Assembly: GCA_965112155.1 (NCBI GenBank)
Contig: OZ218105.1
Length of the DNA stretch: 64,000 nt
Strand: one strand, 5' to 3'
Source of the DNA: Podarcis liolepis
Taxonomy: Eukaryota
This document shows, piece after piece, positions 12,751 to 25,300 of this stretch. Position 1 is the stretch's first letter. Each line of letters begins with the position of its first letter. The translations under genes were made by a program, and so were the position numbers. The notes under the pieces are model-generated. The model worked only from the letters and a program-made list of their open reading frames with translations. It did not search any database and was not told the DNA's origin.

Positions 12751-13559
12751 GGAGAATGGGGTCTGCTGGAATGAAAAGCTTTGCTCATTTAATTACCAAA
12801 GCCTCCAGGAATGTGCTTGGTTGCTGTTGTTGAGGTTTGGTTTCATTGGTTACTCAAGACGCATCTCAAAAATGGGGCGGGGAGGGAGGAGGCATTATCT
12901 GTGGCTGTTTCACAATGGTAGAATTCCTTCTCTCTGGCCAAAGCATGAGTATCTTCCAGGAGCACTGTAATATTTCCTGTTATTGAGATATTTATCTTCA
13001 AGCCATTTGGCATGTTATTTTGATGTGTCCATTTTATGTCTCTGGGTATAAAACTATGGAGGCTAGAGCTACACAGAAACTTTGATAGGCTAGGAATGGC
13101 ATTGTGTGGGAAGAAGCTCTCCTTCCCAATGCAAGGCTGGCAACACAATTTAGTATTTTATTGGCTCGCTTGTTTTTCAGACACAAAGGAGGGGAAAGCC
13201 GAGGAAATTGCCACCAACCTGTCCAGCCATGTGATGAGAACTTTAAAAAGCCATAATATAAAGGGACTCATTGTTGACTTTTTAAACACAGCACCATTTC
13301 ATCCATGACTGGTGGCGAAGGGAAGGATTTATCCATCCCTCTGCTTCAGGTCTTCTTAATATTGCTGGCTGGAAGATTTAGTCAGTGTCCCCTGACTAAA
13401 AAGGTCGTATAGACTAGGCAGTAGAACTCAGAATATGTCTTAGTCCAGAGCGACTTGCAATAAAATAACTTATCATACAAAAATGCTAAAGAAAATACCA
13501 ACTGGGCTTCCCTTCCCTTTTAATCATCGCCATCTTGCTTTTCTACTTTATAAAAAACA

Positions 13560-13676
13560 CTATCTTTTGAAATAATAAAGACAGAGGAATGAATGAAATA
13601 CCACTTCCAAAACCGATACATAGTTTTGGAAGTGGCATTTTATTCATTCCTCTGTCTTTATTATTTCAAAAGATAG
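13560..13676. repeat. Long inverted repeat: 54-bp arms (52/54 match), 9-nt spacer
   Basis: 13560-13613 is the reverse complement of 13623-13676 except at two positions. Confidence 0.95.
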
Positions 13677-14520
13677 CAACTGTTTTAGTAACACCTTTAA
13701 AATATGTGTTTTATGAATGTTCTTGAAGTGGTAAAAGATACCACTTGTACATGCCATTAATGGAGTATCCGGGAATTGCCACTTGGAGCAGTGGGCACTG
13801 CCTTTATGTGTCATTTCAAAGAATAAAAAATGATGGAGGCAGGCAGGGCAAGTGTAGTGGAAATGGTCTGAACAAGCTTTTGCTGTCCTGAAAAAAAGTG
13901 CAGCAAATGTGCCATTGAAAACATTTCTGCCACACATTATGTTTGTCTCTGTCCTGAAAGACTGCCAAAGCAACAGGGAATCAATCATTGATCCATGCAA
14001 TAAAACATGCAGATATTTCATAACAGCTAGCTTGGGCCTGATAAACTTGTGGCCTGGTCTTATGCATTTGTACTTGGAAGTCATTTCTGCTGAATTCATC
14101 TGGGACCAAACTCCTAACTAAACATGTTCTGGGTCACAGCCTAAACCTATTATCTATAGCGTAACATTCCTCTTAGGAAACAGATTGCCCAAAAGCCAAC
14201 ATTTTGGTTGCACTTATTAAAGGTGCCCCTCATCAGAGAAACACAAGTGATATTTATGAATGATTCTGATTCCAAATCAACAGCTTTGCCCCACAATGGT
14301 TGCTACTCGAATCCTGCACATTGTTGGCATTTACCAGCTGGTGAACCTGAAGGGACAGAAAAGGATGCTTATTTCTCACTAAGATGAGCCATTATGAGTT
14401 GTTCAGGAGCATTTCCTGCTGTGAGGAGCTCTTAGGTTCAGTTTGCTGTTGGAACACAACTCTTTGACAATGAGCCAGGTTTCCCCGTGCCTGCAGGGTT
14501 AGCCTGACCTGTCACTGAAA

Positions 14521-14522
14521 CA

Positions 14523-14563
<41 letters not shown>

Positions 14564-14588
14564 TGTGAGAGAGAGAGTGTGTGTGTGT
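14521..14588. repeat. Compound (CA)n(GA)n(GT)n microsatellite
   Basis: Read directly. Confidence 0.95.
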
Positions 14589-15094
14589 ACTGGGAAATAA
14601 TCACATTTTAACCTTCACATGCTTGCCTCACAAATTTGGAGAGTCCATGAGAAAACAGCAAAGCAGGTCTTGGAGAAGGCAATTTCTGAAAGGATATTTA
14701 AAATGACCTGGAGCAGGTCCTCTGCCATTGTTCTATTTGTCCCGAGTGTTCCAGATGCAGCACAGCTGACTTCCCCTTCCGCTGTTCCGGATGTCAGATG
14801 CAAATGGGCTGGGCAGCTGTTCCCATGTCTACTGGCAGAGCAGGGCTGATTTCCTTCTTGCTGCCCATGAGTCTGGCCCTAAACCACCCTTGCATATTAA
14901 TACGGGGGGGGGGGAGCCTCAGCTGGAGAGCTGTGGAAATCGGAACAATCACCGAAGCCCAAGTCTCCAGGATTAGAAAAGGAGGCAGGAGGAACAGGTG
15001 GGGGGGGGGTACCTGCCAGCCTTCTTCGGCATGAATACAGATGCAAATGCCAAATTTAACTCACAGGGCAGCACACTTTTAATCTTTTTGCATT

Positions 15095-15446
15095 GTGCTA
15101 GCTAAACCACTAAGCCTTGGGCTTGCTGATTGGAAGGTCAGAGGTTCGAATCCCCGCAACAGGGTGAGCTCCCGTTGCTCGGTCCCTGCTCCTGCCAACC
15201 TAGCAGTTTGAAAGCACACAAAAAAATGCAAGTAGATAAATAGGTACCGCTCCAGCGGGAAGGTAAACGGCGTTTCCGTGTGCTGCTCTGGTTTCGCCGG
15301 AAGCAGCTTAGTCATGCTGGCCACATGACCCGGAAAAACTCTCTGTGGACAAACACTGGCTCCCTCGGCCAGTAGAGCGAGATGAGCGCCACAACCCCAA
15401 AGTCGTCTGCGGCTGGACTTAACGGTCAGGGGTCCCTTTACCTTTT
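15095..15446 (+). mobile_element. Sauria SINE (Squam1), near full length
   Basis: B box GGTTCGAATCC, body gtgagctcccgttgctcggtccc...gtcatgctggccacatgacccgg, ACCTTT tail. Confidence 0.92.
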
Positions 15447-16384
15447 AATCATACTAACATCAATGATCTGTACAGAAACATGCAACATCCTTGCAAGCTG
15501 GCTTTTGAAACAGAATATTTACTTGGCATGAATAGGCATAAATGATAGCCTCCACATACAACTGCTGTGTATCTCTCAAGTTAACAGATGCTTTGAGTAC
15601 CTTTGATGCCCTGCCTGTGGTATTTCAAAGGCATTGGCCTGCATCTTATTCAAAACAGACTGCTGGGTTAGATGGACCTTGGTCTGATCTAGCAGGGAGG
15701 GCTTGTGTTTTGGGGACTGGGAAGCAGGAATTGGAGACATTACATAATTGTAGTTATTTAATTTCTATCCCTTCCTTCCACCCAAAGGAGCTGAGGATGG
15801 CAGAAAACCAATGGCTGATATCCCTCCAGGGCAAATTGTTCAGCAGTGGGGAATTTCACCAGCTCGAGTGGGAGAAGAATATTTTTGCTGCCTGTAGGAT
15901 AACAAGTTGTGTGGGACTCAGGAAGTCTGCTAAGGTGACGACTGAAAGATGGTGAGACATCAGAATGTGTTTGTCACTCATGTTAAGCAAGCAGGGTGGA
16001 AATCCTGCAGTGGGCTGTGTGTGACTGCAGATTACATAATCCTGCACAGATGATATTATTAATACTGAAAGGAGTCTAGACACAATTCTACTATGCCTTT
16101 GTTCACAGACCTGTGGACTATTATAGAAAGGGGAAGAGGGCTGTGCAAGGCATTTTAGATAGAACAAACTTTCCAGTTAAATTGGTCTGGCTAAAACAAA
16201 TGTTATTTGTTAGTGATCCAGGATTCGTGTGAGTGAGACGGCTAGCGAGATCAGGCTGCGACTGTACAGGTTGCTTGCTACCACACAGCCTAAACTACAT
16301 CACAGGGTTGCTAAGGGAATAAGGGGGACCACCTGCACCAAGATGAGCTCCTCAAGGGAAGTGCAAGAGACAGAAGGGATAAGC

Positions 16385-16519
16385 GACCCCAGCGTGGCTC
16401 AGTGGGTAGAGCATGTGACTCTTAATCTCAGGGTCCTGGGTTTGAGCAAAAGAGCCCTGCATTGCAGAGGATTGGACTAGATGACCCTCGGGTTGCCTTC
16501 CAATGCTAGAATTTTATGA
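16385..16519 (+). mobile_element. tRNA-Lys(CTT)-derived SINE with CR1-like 3' end (Squam2-like)
   Basis: gctcagtgggtagagcatgtgactcttaatctcagggtcctgggtttgagc resembles tRNA-Lys(CTT); followed by the CR1-type tail ttggactagatgaccctc...ccttccaa...attttatga. Confidence 0.75.
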
Positions 16520-16829
16520 ATCAATGGAAGTACAGAGATGATCAACAATGCCTTTGAAGAAGTTTACAAAACTATGTTGCAGGAGATCCTTAAATGCAAG
16601 CCTGCTTTGCCACCTATCTGTATGGTATCTTTCTCAGCATCCAACTGGCCTACGCACCATGTTCCATTATCGAACAGGACAACTGAAATTACTGCGGGAC
16701 ACCCCCTCTTTCTTTCCCCTTTTTTTAAAAAAAGCATTCTGACAAAAATAACTTCAAATGAAAGACTAACATTTTATTTCCTTTTCACACTAACCATTAA
16801 TATATATATAAAGCAGTTTCTATCTACTT

Positions 16830-16925
16830 ATGCAGCCTCCTATCTCCTATGCATGCCCTCTCCAATGTCAGTCCCACTGTGTTCACTGGGGTTGCTCCCA
16901 GGAAAGTGCACACAGGATTGCAGCA
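16830..16925. repeat. Old short palindromic interspersed repeat (other decayed copies near 10545, 28490, 52935)
   Basis: Recurrent motif gc..caatcct...cccactg...tggg...actcccag...aggattgcagc. Confidence 0.5.
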
Positions 16926-19859
16926 TTAGAGATATCAAAGACTGAGCAGGTTTCTCCTTACATTATTTTCATTTATCTCATATAAACCAGTAGCAATTAA
17001 TTGTAGCTCAGAATACGCCTGCCACTGCTTGGGAGATGCTAGTCCTAACTCTCCCAAAATTAGAGTAGACTTGCTGTAAATGGAGCAAGTCCCATCATAT
17101 AATGTGAAAGCGGTTTCATTTATTCCCATTTCCCAGTCAGCAAGAGAGACAAAAGAATAAACCAAGCTATAAAGCCTTCTACAGGTTCGCTGTCATTTAA
17201 CTTCCCCCATAATGGAAAGAGAATGAGGGAAAACATAGCAGCCTACTATGCACTGTGGAATCCGTTTTCCCACTTTGGGTCTCTTTAGGAGAGATGGACT
17301 TTCCCCTTTCCCCTTTTCCAGATCACTGACTCAGCAAATTAGAACAGGAATATAATTTAGCAATATGGCAGTTTGGGAACGATACCAGCCCCTCATATCA
17401 CCACCACCCAGACTGGTCCCCCCCCCCCAAGTATGCATTCCAATCTGATGCTAATTGAAAAACGTTGAATGTGGCTAATAAGAAAGCAAGTTATTACATT
17501 CTCTGTGCAATGTATTGCTGTCTTCATTGAGAGTGTGATGCCCGCAGCCTTCACTAACTTCAGAGAAAATAACTTAAGCAGCATAACCAGGAAAAAACCT
17601 GATTGCCCCTCTGCCCAATATCTACATTAAATGGAATTGAAGGGGTAGGTTCCCCCACCCCAGAAATTGAAGCTTTCCCCAAATTAGCCAGCTGCCTAAC
17701 AAGAAAGGGTTGCAACCTGGAGAAGGGGCCTGTACCTTTCAAAGACCAGCAGAAAAGAGTTGTACAAACATGGGTGCCACATGCCTTCTCTCTCCCCCTT
17801 CACCACCAAATAAGGAACAGGGGGGGCAGGTCAAATGGCAAAGGAGACACAATACTTTGCTTCCCTCCATTCAATAAAAGCTAGCTAGCTTAGGCCCAAA
17901 TATCAGCAGTGCATATTTTCTGTTTGTGCTTGCAATCATATGGGGCTCAAACCAAGTGGGTCAATCTCTTCAGCTTCCTCCGTTCTTCTTGAGCACTGCT
18001 TGGTGATGGGGGAGATCAGCTCTGCATCAGCCACAGAACCTAATTTTCAAAGCTACAGGATCCTTCTTTCAGCCGTGACCTGACAACTTTGCAACTCAGG
18101 AATAGCAAGGTGTGTCAACAGAACTGATCCATCACCTAAAGCAATTCTCAATCGGGACTGCATTGTTTATATGAAAGAGAATGGCAGAGCTACATGTTAC
18201 ATATGAATAATGATGGCTGCTGCTTCTATCAAAAAGCATTTTGGAAGGGAGCAATTTTGAGCAGAGATGCTTAACGCTTTCCAATGCATGCTACATTTCT
18301 CTAGCAAGTCCTCTCCCCGGCTCTACTGCTTTTTCTCCCATCAGGTTCCAAATATGTGTTTACATTTTGCAAACAGGCACCAGGAACCCCACAGAAGTGG
18401 GCAAGCACCCATGGAAGAGGTGATGAGTGTTTCAGAAGGAAAACAACAAGTATCAGAAGGGTTTAAGCATCTCTTCCCACTGCTTCTCCATTCTGGATTA
18501 CCAGTATCAAGCTTCTCAACAGCCCCTGCTTTCCCCCCTACTGAAGCAGCAAACATCGTGGTTTGGTGCACACATGTGCATGTAACATGTAGTTCTGCCC
18601 AAAGGCTACTGCTTCACTACCTTGCCTGGCTTGCATTCAGCGCGGCTTGCATGTGGCACTGAATGCTATCCACACATAATGTCATATGTCAGGTGGGCAA
18701 CCCGGCCCACTTGTCAATGTGGCTTGCAGAGAGTTGGAAGCTTTGGGATTTGGGGTCCTTGCCTCAAATCCCCAGTCCCCCAGCCTGCTCTAGTGCGAGT
18801 AATGAACAGCCCCAAACCTTTCCACATCTGGGAAAATGACCGATTAGCAAAGTAAAATTTATTCTGCGTCTTAAGATGCGCTAAACTTTCCTAAGATAAT
18901 TTTCTTTACTGACAGCGTTGCATCCTTACCTTGATCTGCTTGCATTTCATATGCATCTGATTACTTGTCCTGTTCTTTCATTTGCCATCTTCCATGGCAT
19001 GCCTGTCATGTTACTTCACTGTGTTTTGCTTTGTTTTTACCAAGAACCCCCTTTCAACTTACAAGGAAGACTGAGAGCTGCTAGGCACAGGTCTGTAATC
19101 TTTACTAAGTCACATCCCGTTGACAAGAAGCGTTTGCACCAATAAAAGCATTGAGTTTTCAAGAATCACAGCTGCTAGGCTAAGTCAAGACAGCCCAACG
19201 TCTGTGACAAGATACACCTCACCCCTCCCAAAAGGACTTCCAGTAAATAAAAACCCACTCAACTTGGCATTTTGCAGTTGGTAGTTGGGCTGGGGAAAAA
19301 ATCTGCCCAAGACCTTAGAAAGTGACCAATAGTCAAAGTAGGTGGATCTGTACTCAGAAGCTTCATATACTAAACCTATAAAGTCAGAGTTTGTAATTGG
19401 TCAGTAGAGGTTTTGGAGAGGCCACAATGTCTTGACTTCACTCAGAGTATTAGCTTAGAAATGTGATTAGAACATTTTGAAATGAAGTTCACCTGCTAGA
19501 AGAAACCGCTGCAAATTGGTGATTGGCCAATGGTTAAGAAGAGGAGACATGTTCTCTCCCTGTGGTATAAAAGACTTTGGCATTAAGGCCTAGCTCTCAC
19601 AAGCAGCAGTTGAAGTGATAAATCTTTGTCCAAACTGTACCACTTCTGATGCCTATGCTTCCTTACTGAAGTGGGGCAGAGAAACACCCATTTGTACAAA
19701 ATGAGAACTAGTGCTGTGATGTGGTGAAGGAGCCAGAGCTACAAATCAGTCCCTGTTATTCAGCCAAGCTACCACTTAGGCAAGCCACTACGCATTTCTG
19801 AATCAGCCTCCCATTTGAAATATGAAGCCAATAATGCTCATCTACTTATAGTTGCTTGC

Positions 19860-20177
19860 CCCCCCCCCTTGCTACTTCCTGTGAAGGTGCCCGATGACGG
19901 TAAAAAGGGCATGCCAGAGAAGAGGCACTTTGGCGCAACCCTTATGATCACCTTCCCAGAAGGTGCCTGATGCACTGGCGCGACTTTTATGATGCTCAGG
20001 CACCTTCCCAGAAGGCACTTTGTTGATCATAAGAGGTCGCGCCAAAGCATCTCCGGGAGGAAGCAGCAGCAATGGAGGAGCAGGAGGAAGGGGCAAAGGT
20101 GGGGGAGCGAGCGAGCAAGCAGGGGTGGGCTGGGCATGGGGCATACCGGCACCTATTTTCTTAAGGAAAAAACACTG
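19860..20177. mobile_element. Partial GC-rich MITE (one recognisable terminus)
   Basis: Ends ccggcacctattttcttaaggaaaaaacactg; internal repeats of cttcccagaagg; left TIR not found. Confidence 0.45.
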
Positions 20178-20683
20178 GTGAGAAGATAACAGAAATGGAA
20201 ACACTTTGAACAATCAAAAGCATTATGTACATTATTATAATTACATGTAAAGTAGCATGTCAGGGTTCTAGAACAACCCCCACACTGTCATGCTAGTTTC
20301 AATGTCGGGGATTATTATTATTATTATTTTCCCCGTGGAGGAGTGTTTTAAGTCCTGTGAGATCTCAGATGCAGTCTGAGATAATGGAATCCAGAAACAG
20401 ATTGAACACACCATCAGCTATTTGTGAGGAGTCTACAGAAGGCCCCAGAGAGCCACTCATATCATCACAGGAATGAGGGCCAATCTGAGAGTTTCTTTCC
20501 CAATTACTAATAATAATGGTCTGCATGTGAGAAGACTGAAGCCAAGTGGAATATAAAAGGTAAGAACTGCTAAGAGATTCAAACCCCTGACATTTCCACA
20601 TCCAGTCCACATAAATTGGCATTGTGGTTCCACACAGAGCAGCTGAGGGGGAAGTATTAAGCTGCCTGACCAAACCCAATTAC

Positions 20684-21463
20684 CTCCAGTGCAGCAGAAG
20701 GCTTCTTTTTAAGTTCCTCACATTTTCGGAATTTGCAAATCTGGTGCCCAGTTTTACGGTTCCTACAACTGCTGCACTGCTCGCAATTTATCCGTCTTCT
20801 GCAAGGAGGACACATGCCACACCGTTTCCGTTTCTTTTTCCCTGAATTGATGGCAGATGCCAATTCGTTCTGCATTGGGTACTCCGCTAAGCCAGCCATA
20901 TGGAGTGCGCTCTCTGCCAGAAATACGCCAGCAGGGGTCATAATGAAAAGGCCAGGGTTGATAGGAAAAGCCCCCAGGTAAGGAAAATCAGATGGGCTGT
21001 TCATTGTCTCTGCAGCCGAGACGGCTTCCATGTCTGAGATGCCCGTCCCGTGGTCATTAGGCAGGGGAATGTGCTCCTGGACTACTCTTTTGAGCAGCTC
21101 TGTCGACTGAGCAAACTGTTGCAAGATGCTCTGTCCTTCTGCAGAAATATCTGATTTGCTCAGCATGTCGGAGATGCTTTTGTGCTTTGAGGTAGAATTG
21201 CTTTTATCCATAGTTGCTTCATTGCCGTTGGCGACGGGGGCACCTTTCTCAGAATGTTCACTTAATGAGCTGGTGCTACCAAAAGTGGAGTAGTGGGAGA
21301 GTGGTCGAGACTTCTTAAGACTTTTGTTCAAAGGTTCGCTTATTATCCCACTTTTGTTCCTCCTTTCTGAATTGACTGGCGGCTGAGAGTCATCTGGGTT
21401 CTTGTTTTTTTCCAACAGGCCTGGCTTGGAACTGGCGTCTTGATGAGAGCCAGTTTCGGACAT
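20684..21463 (-). CDS. CXXC5: CXXC-type zinc finger protein 5 (RINF), first coding exon (aa 1-260)
   Basis: ORF reads MSETGSHQ...DFPYLGAFPINPGLFIMTPAGVFLAESALHMAGLAEYPMQNELASAINSGKKKRKRCGMCPPCRRRINCEQCSSCRNRKTGHQICKFRKCEELKKKPSAALE. The finger matches CXXC5 (CGMCxPCRRRINCEQC), not CXXC4 (CGVCVPCKRLINCGVC). ATG at 21463 has A at -3; phase-0 donor GAG|GTAATT at 20683; 780 nt. Confidence 0.97.
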
Positions 21464-21634
21464 CTTTTTTCTTAACAAAGAGGAGACCAGATAAAGCAGC
21501 AAGCCCACTCACGGTGGAAAACAACGCGAACAGTACCAATCACAAATGATGGCGGGGAGGGGGCAAGGTCCGTCTTCAGTGCACTTTCAAGGCCATTACA
21601 ACACGTCCTGCAGTTTCATATACAACAGGTGCCT
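21464..21634 (-). other. CXXC5: CXXC5 5'UTR part of the first coding exon (contains two uORFs)
   Basis: Acceptor ttcactcttccctttttaactttcag|AGG ends at 21635, so the exon is 20684-21634 (951 nt). Confidence 0.8.
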
Positions 21635-22029
21635 CTGAAAGTTAAAAAGGGAAGAGTGAATTAGAGAAGAGTTAGGTGTCTGCTGAAACAACTGCACCGT
21701 GTTGTTTTTCCACTCAGGCCCTCCCCTCGTGATAAAGTCAGCTCTGTCCTCATCACGACCATGAACCCAACCATATGGAAGACTACAACCACTGCCAAAC
21801 CATTGGACCTGAAGGTATCCTGGATGGGAATGTGCCACTTCTACAGGTAGCTTAAGGATACCTTCCTATGCATGGTATACAACAACATTTTACTCAAAAG
21901 TACTCATTGAAATTAATGGACCTAATGTATTTAATATATTTATATATCTTTCTCCTAAGCTATCCCAGATGGCTTACAACATTAAAAAAACCCCACAGTA
22001 TAAAATATAAACTAAAAAAAAGCCAAAGG

Positions 22030-22300
22030 GAAAAGGTTCAGTCAAAGAGCACATGATTTGCACCAAAAGGACCCAATATTAATTCCTGGCAGCTCCAGGT
22101 AGGGCTGGGAAAGAGACGCTACTAGTCAGTGTAGTCCAGGCTTGGCTCACCTGATGTTCTTGGACTCCAGCTCCCACGGCTCCAGAGTCAGCGATAATGG
22201 GAGTTGTAGTCCACCAACACCTGGAGGGTCAAAGGTTAGCCAGACTTCATGTAGCCAATACTGAGCTAGCTGGACCTATGGCCTGACTCAGTATAAAGCA
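22030..22300 (+). mobile_element. Old tRNA-type SINE interrupted by a decayed palindromic hAT MITE (about 22137-22248)
   Basis: The SINE tail ...ctagtcagtgtag|...|ccaatactgagctagctggacctatggcctgactcagtataaagcagct is split by a MITE with TSD-like gtgtagtc/atgtagcc; similar old SINE at 36475-36670. Confidence 0.55.
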
Positions 22301-25300
22301 GCTGTCTGTTTGCAATGTTTGCAATGCACCCCACTTAGAAAGGCAAAAAAAGCAGAAGTGTGATCCAAAAGAGCATAGAACAGGACTCCTGCACTGAAGG
22401 GTACAAGCTCATTGCATACAAAACAGCAGTCCAAATATGGAGCTACAAATATCTGGGTGTTTCCGCTCTTGAAACAAAAGCAACAGTCATAAAAGTAGGT
22501 TTGAGAGTAATACTGGATCCATTGGAGGGGGAGGCTGTGCAACCCTTATTCAGCCTTGCATTAATTTCTTCTCCTGCCTGGACTTCGAATTGGGAGCCAG
22601 GTGTGCAATTAAGGCAAACATACATGCCCATGACAACAGTGGTTCAGTCCTAGCTGCTCTCAGGACAGCAGAGAGCCTTTCATGGGCTCTATCTTAAGTA
22701 GGAATACACTGAGCAAAAGCTGCATGTGACATACCTTTTGATGCAAGGGACCTAGATGCTCAGGCTTGTTACTGATTTAATTATGCAAGCACATCCTATT
22801 TAAGTCTATTTGCAGAAACTCTCTTAACATTTTATCTCTCTAGCCACTTGGAGAACTGGTGTCCAAAGGCAGAGTGGCTACCGAGATAATGAAAATTAAA
22901 ATGGCCGCTTCATAGATTTCATTTGCCCTGTGGACAAATGACAGGCGTATGTCTCCTCCCACCCACCCTGTTCCTTCTACCCATCAGGCACTCAGAATGC
23001 CATGAAACAGGTTGTGAGGCGGGAGAGGGAGGATTTGAGCAAACCTCTGAGGCTGCTTGGCACCTGTCTGGGTCCTGTGATCATGCAGATAATGGTGACT
23101 TGGCAAGCTGGCTTCTACAGATGCTTCCTCCATGCAGCTCACTCGCCCACCGCTTGTCTATGCCAATTGCTGGTGCTGCTGGCGCTCTCTGCTCTTGCTC
23201 TTAACAAATGACTGGTGGCTGAGGTTTGTTTGGATTTTCCCTCTATGTTTCTAACTGAAGAGTGAACCAGAGCTGCTCTCTTAAAGCCAAACTCACAGCC
23301 AAGACACAGCGACGGCTACTGGTGGTCAGCTTCTATGGCAGTGCTTTCTTGTGCTTGGCTTGGAGCTTTCTTCTATCTTCCTGATGATTATTACTAGCAC
23401 TCCTCTGTGCCCCTCTCCATGTCCTAGAGATACACCTAGGAACAGCTATTAGCCTGGCTAGTTGTAACAACGACAGCTTCTATGGTCAAGGCACAGGGAT
23501 AAGTCAACACTTCTCAGCATTTTCCTAGTCCACAGATCATGGTTCAGATTGAAACCTACAGATATCAGGAGAGGCTCCAAGTGTCACAACCACCTCTCAT
23601 TCTTCAAAAAGCACAACTGCTGATAATCTAGACCGGGACGGTTAATACACATAGATCTGTCCAAATCAGAAATATCTCACTGATAAAAGCTTCTTTGTGG
23701 TGAAGCAGGACTAATGTGCCTTATGTTGCTTGTCAAGCTCATCCCAAGCCCACAGCCAAGCCCCCATCCTCCTCCCAGGCCATCCAAACTGTGTGAGCCC
23801 TGGAGGTCTTGCTGAGAAGCTGCTTGGCGTTTACACTTCAGTATACCAACCGAGAATCCTGGCAGGGCTCCACTCTCTGAATTCTGTCATTATTTTGTGC
23901 CAAAAGGGCCAGAAAGCCTTTGGATAACAAACCCGGGTTCCACTTGCGGCTCTACCACTCCACTTTCTAACAGACAGGAAATAAGGAAATACATCGCACA
24001 GTGTCCCTGTGTTGTAGAGTTTGTGGAGCCATTGGAGAACTGGAGGCAGCCAAGCCATGCCAGGTGTCAGAAAGGAAAACCAAAAGCAACACCCATCATC
24101 CTTCCAGTCCAGAGAGAAACGGCCCCATTGTTAGGGGATGGCCTGAGGGGCCCGTGTACCACACCATGGGTCTGACAGCAGCGGTTGCAGGAGTCAAGCG
24201 TGGAAGTAGCACTGCACCACCACTCAGCTATGTGGCCGCTGGGGAGGCCAAGGCTGCTGAACTCCTGTTCAGTGTCAAAACTCTGCCTCTTGTTTCAATT
24301 TCTAGCGATGATGTGTTTGTACAGGAAACAAATGGGCTGCTATTTTCTCTCTCTCTGCCCAAATTCAGTTCCCCTGGAAATGGAAACTCGTGGCAGAGTT
24401 CCCACCCATGGCATGCGGAGCAGCCTACTAGCCGTGGTAGCTGAGCTGACAGGCTGCCCTGTTTGGGGGAAGCCCTGCCACTGCCTGGGACTCTGCTAAT
24501 AGTGTTGAGCTCCCTCCCTGTCTTGCCCCAGACAGCCTGTTCCATCAGCTTTCTCCTCCTTTACCCAAAGCTCCCCATCATCCTTCACCAGGTGCCAACT
24601 GAAAGTTTTTTGGTGCACAACATTAAGTAAGCTGCAAATATGTCATTTCCAAGGGTGGACCGGACAGAACCCTGTCAGTTTCTGCATAAATGTGTCCAAG
24701 GAAGAGATCAGTTTAAACGTGAAGAGGGGACAGGGGACACAGGAGAGTTCAGGGCTGCAGATTCATCACCTTGAGAATGGCAACAATGGATAGGGAACGA
24801 GCCCCAAACAGGGTGTCTACAGTGTCCTGTTGGGAACTGACTTGACTGAAATCATCCCTTTCCTCTCTTATGCCTTCTCTCCCCCATCTTCTCAAGACAG
24901 TGGTTCCAGCACAGAGATGCAGCCAAGCCAATGCTACCAATATGATCTGAGCTACTCAGTAGGATATTAATTAAGGAGAAGCATAATTTATTTAAATGTG
25001 CACCTATACTTACAAAGTAGCCTATGCAAATGTTACACATATCTGTGTGTATGGGCCTGTGCCCTGGATCTTTTAAGGCCTTAGCAACACCTCTAACAAT
25101 AACAAACTAACAACAAAATGATGACCAGTGTCCCACACAGGCAGCTCCTTGCTGATCAAGTATTGCTCTCTGCATTTAGAGAAGGATTAAAACACACCCA
25201 CATATCATGGCGAGAGAAACACACATTTGGTCCCAGAAGACTTGAGAGGGGCTGCCTGAGGGTGTGCTTGGCTTGGAGTTCCTCATGACAACATGCTAGG

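Larger units (their letters stand above)
11822..20683 (-). other. CXXC5: CXXC5 intron between the two coding exons (about 8.9 kb, includes the N gap)
   Basis: GT...AG boundaries defined by the two coding exons. Confidence 0.93.

Noticed and set aside
12469-12833. ORFs spanning X runs
   Set aside because: Artefacts of the N gap.
16390-16447. tRNA-Lys(CTT) gene
   Set aside because: The 3' half of the T-arm and acceptor stem is missing and it runs into a CR1-like tail, so it is a SINE head.
20657-21508. ORF-track version of CXXC5 (283 aa, MGLLL... to ...VIGFGQAA)
   Set aside because: It starts at a GTG upstream of the true ATG (21463) and reads through the splice donor at 20683; the conserved C-terminus is in the exon at 11777-11821.
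21635-21900. Oestrogen or retinoic-acid response element just upstream of the coding exon
   Set aside because: I found no GGTCAnnnTGACC palindrome or clean DR2/DR5 by eye; a PWM scan would be needed.
24001-24545. Overlapping ORFs of 92-147 aa
   Set aside because: GC-moderate intronic DNA with no recognisable protein or convincing splice signals; more likely regulatory or chance.
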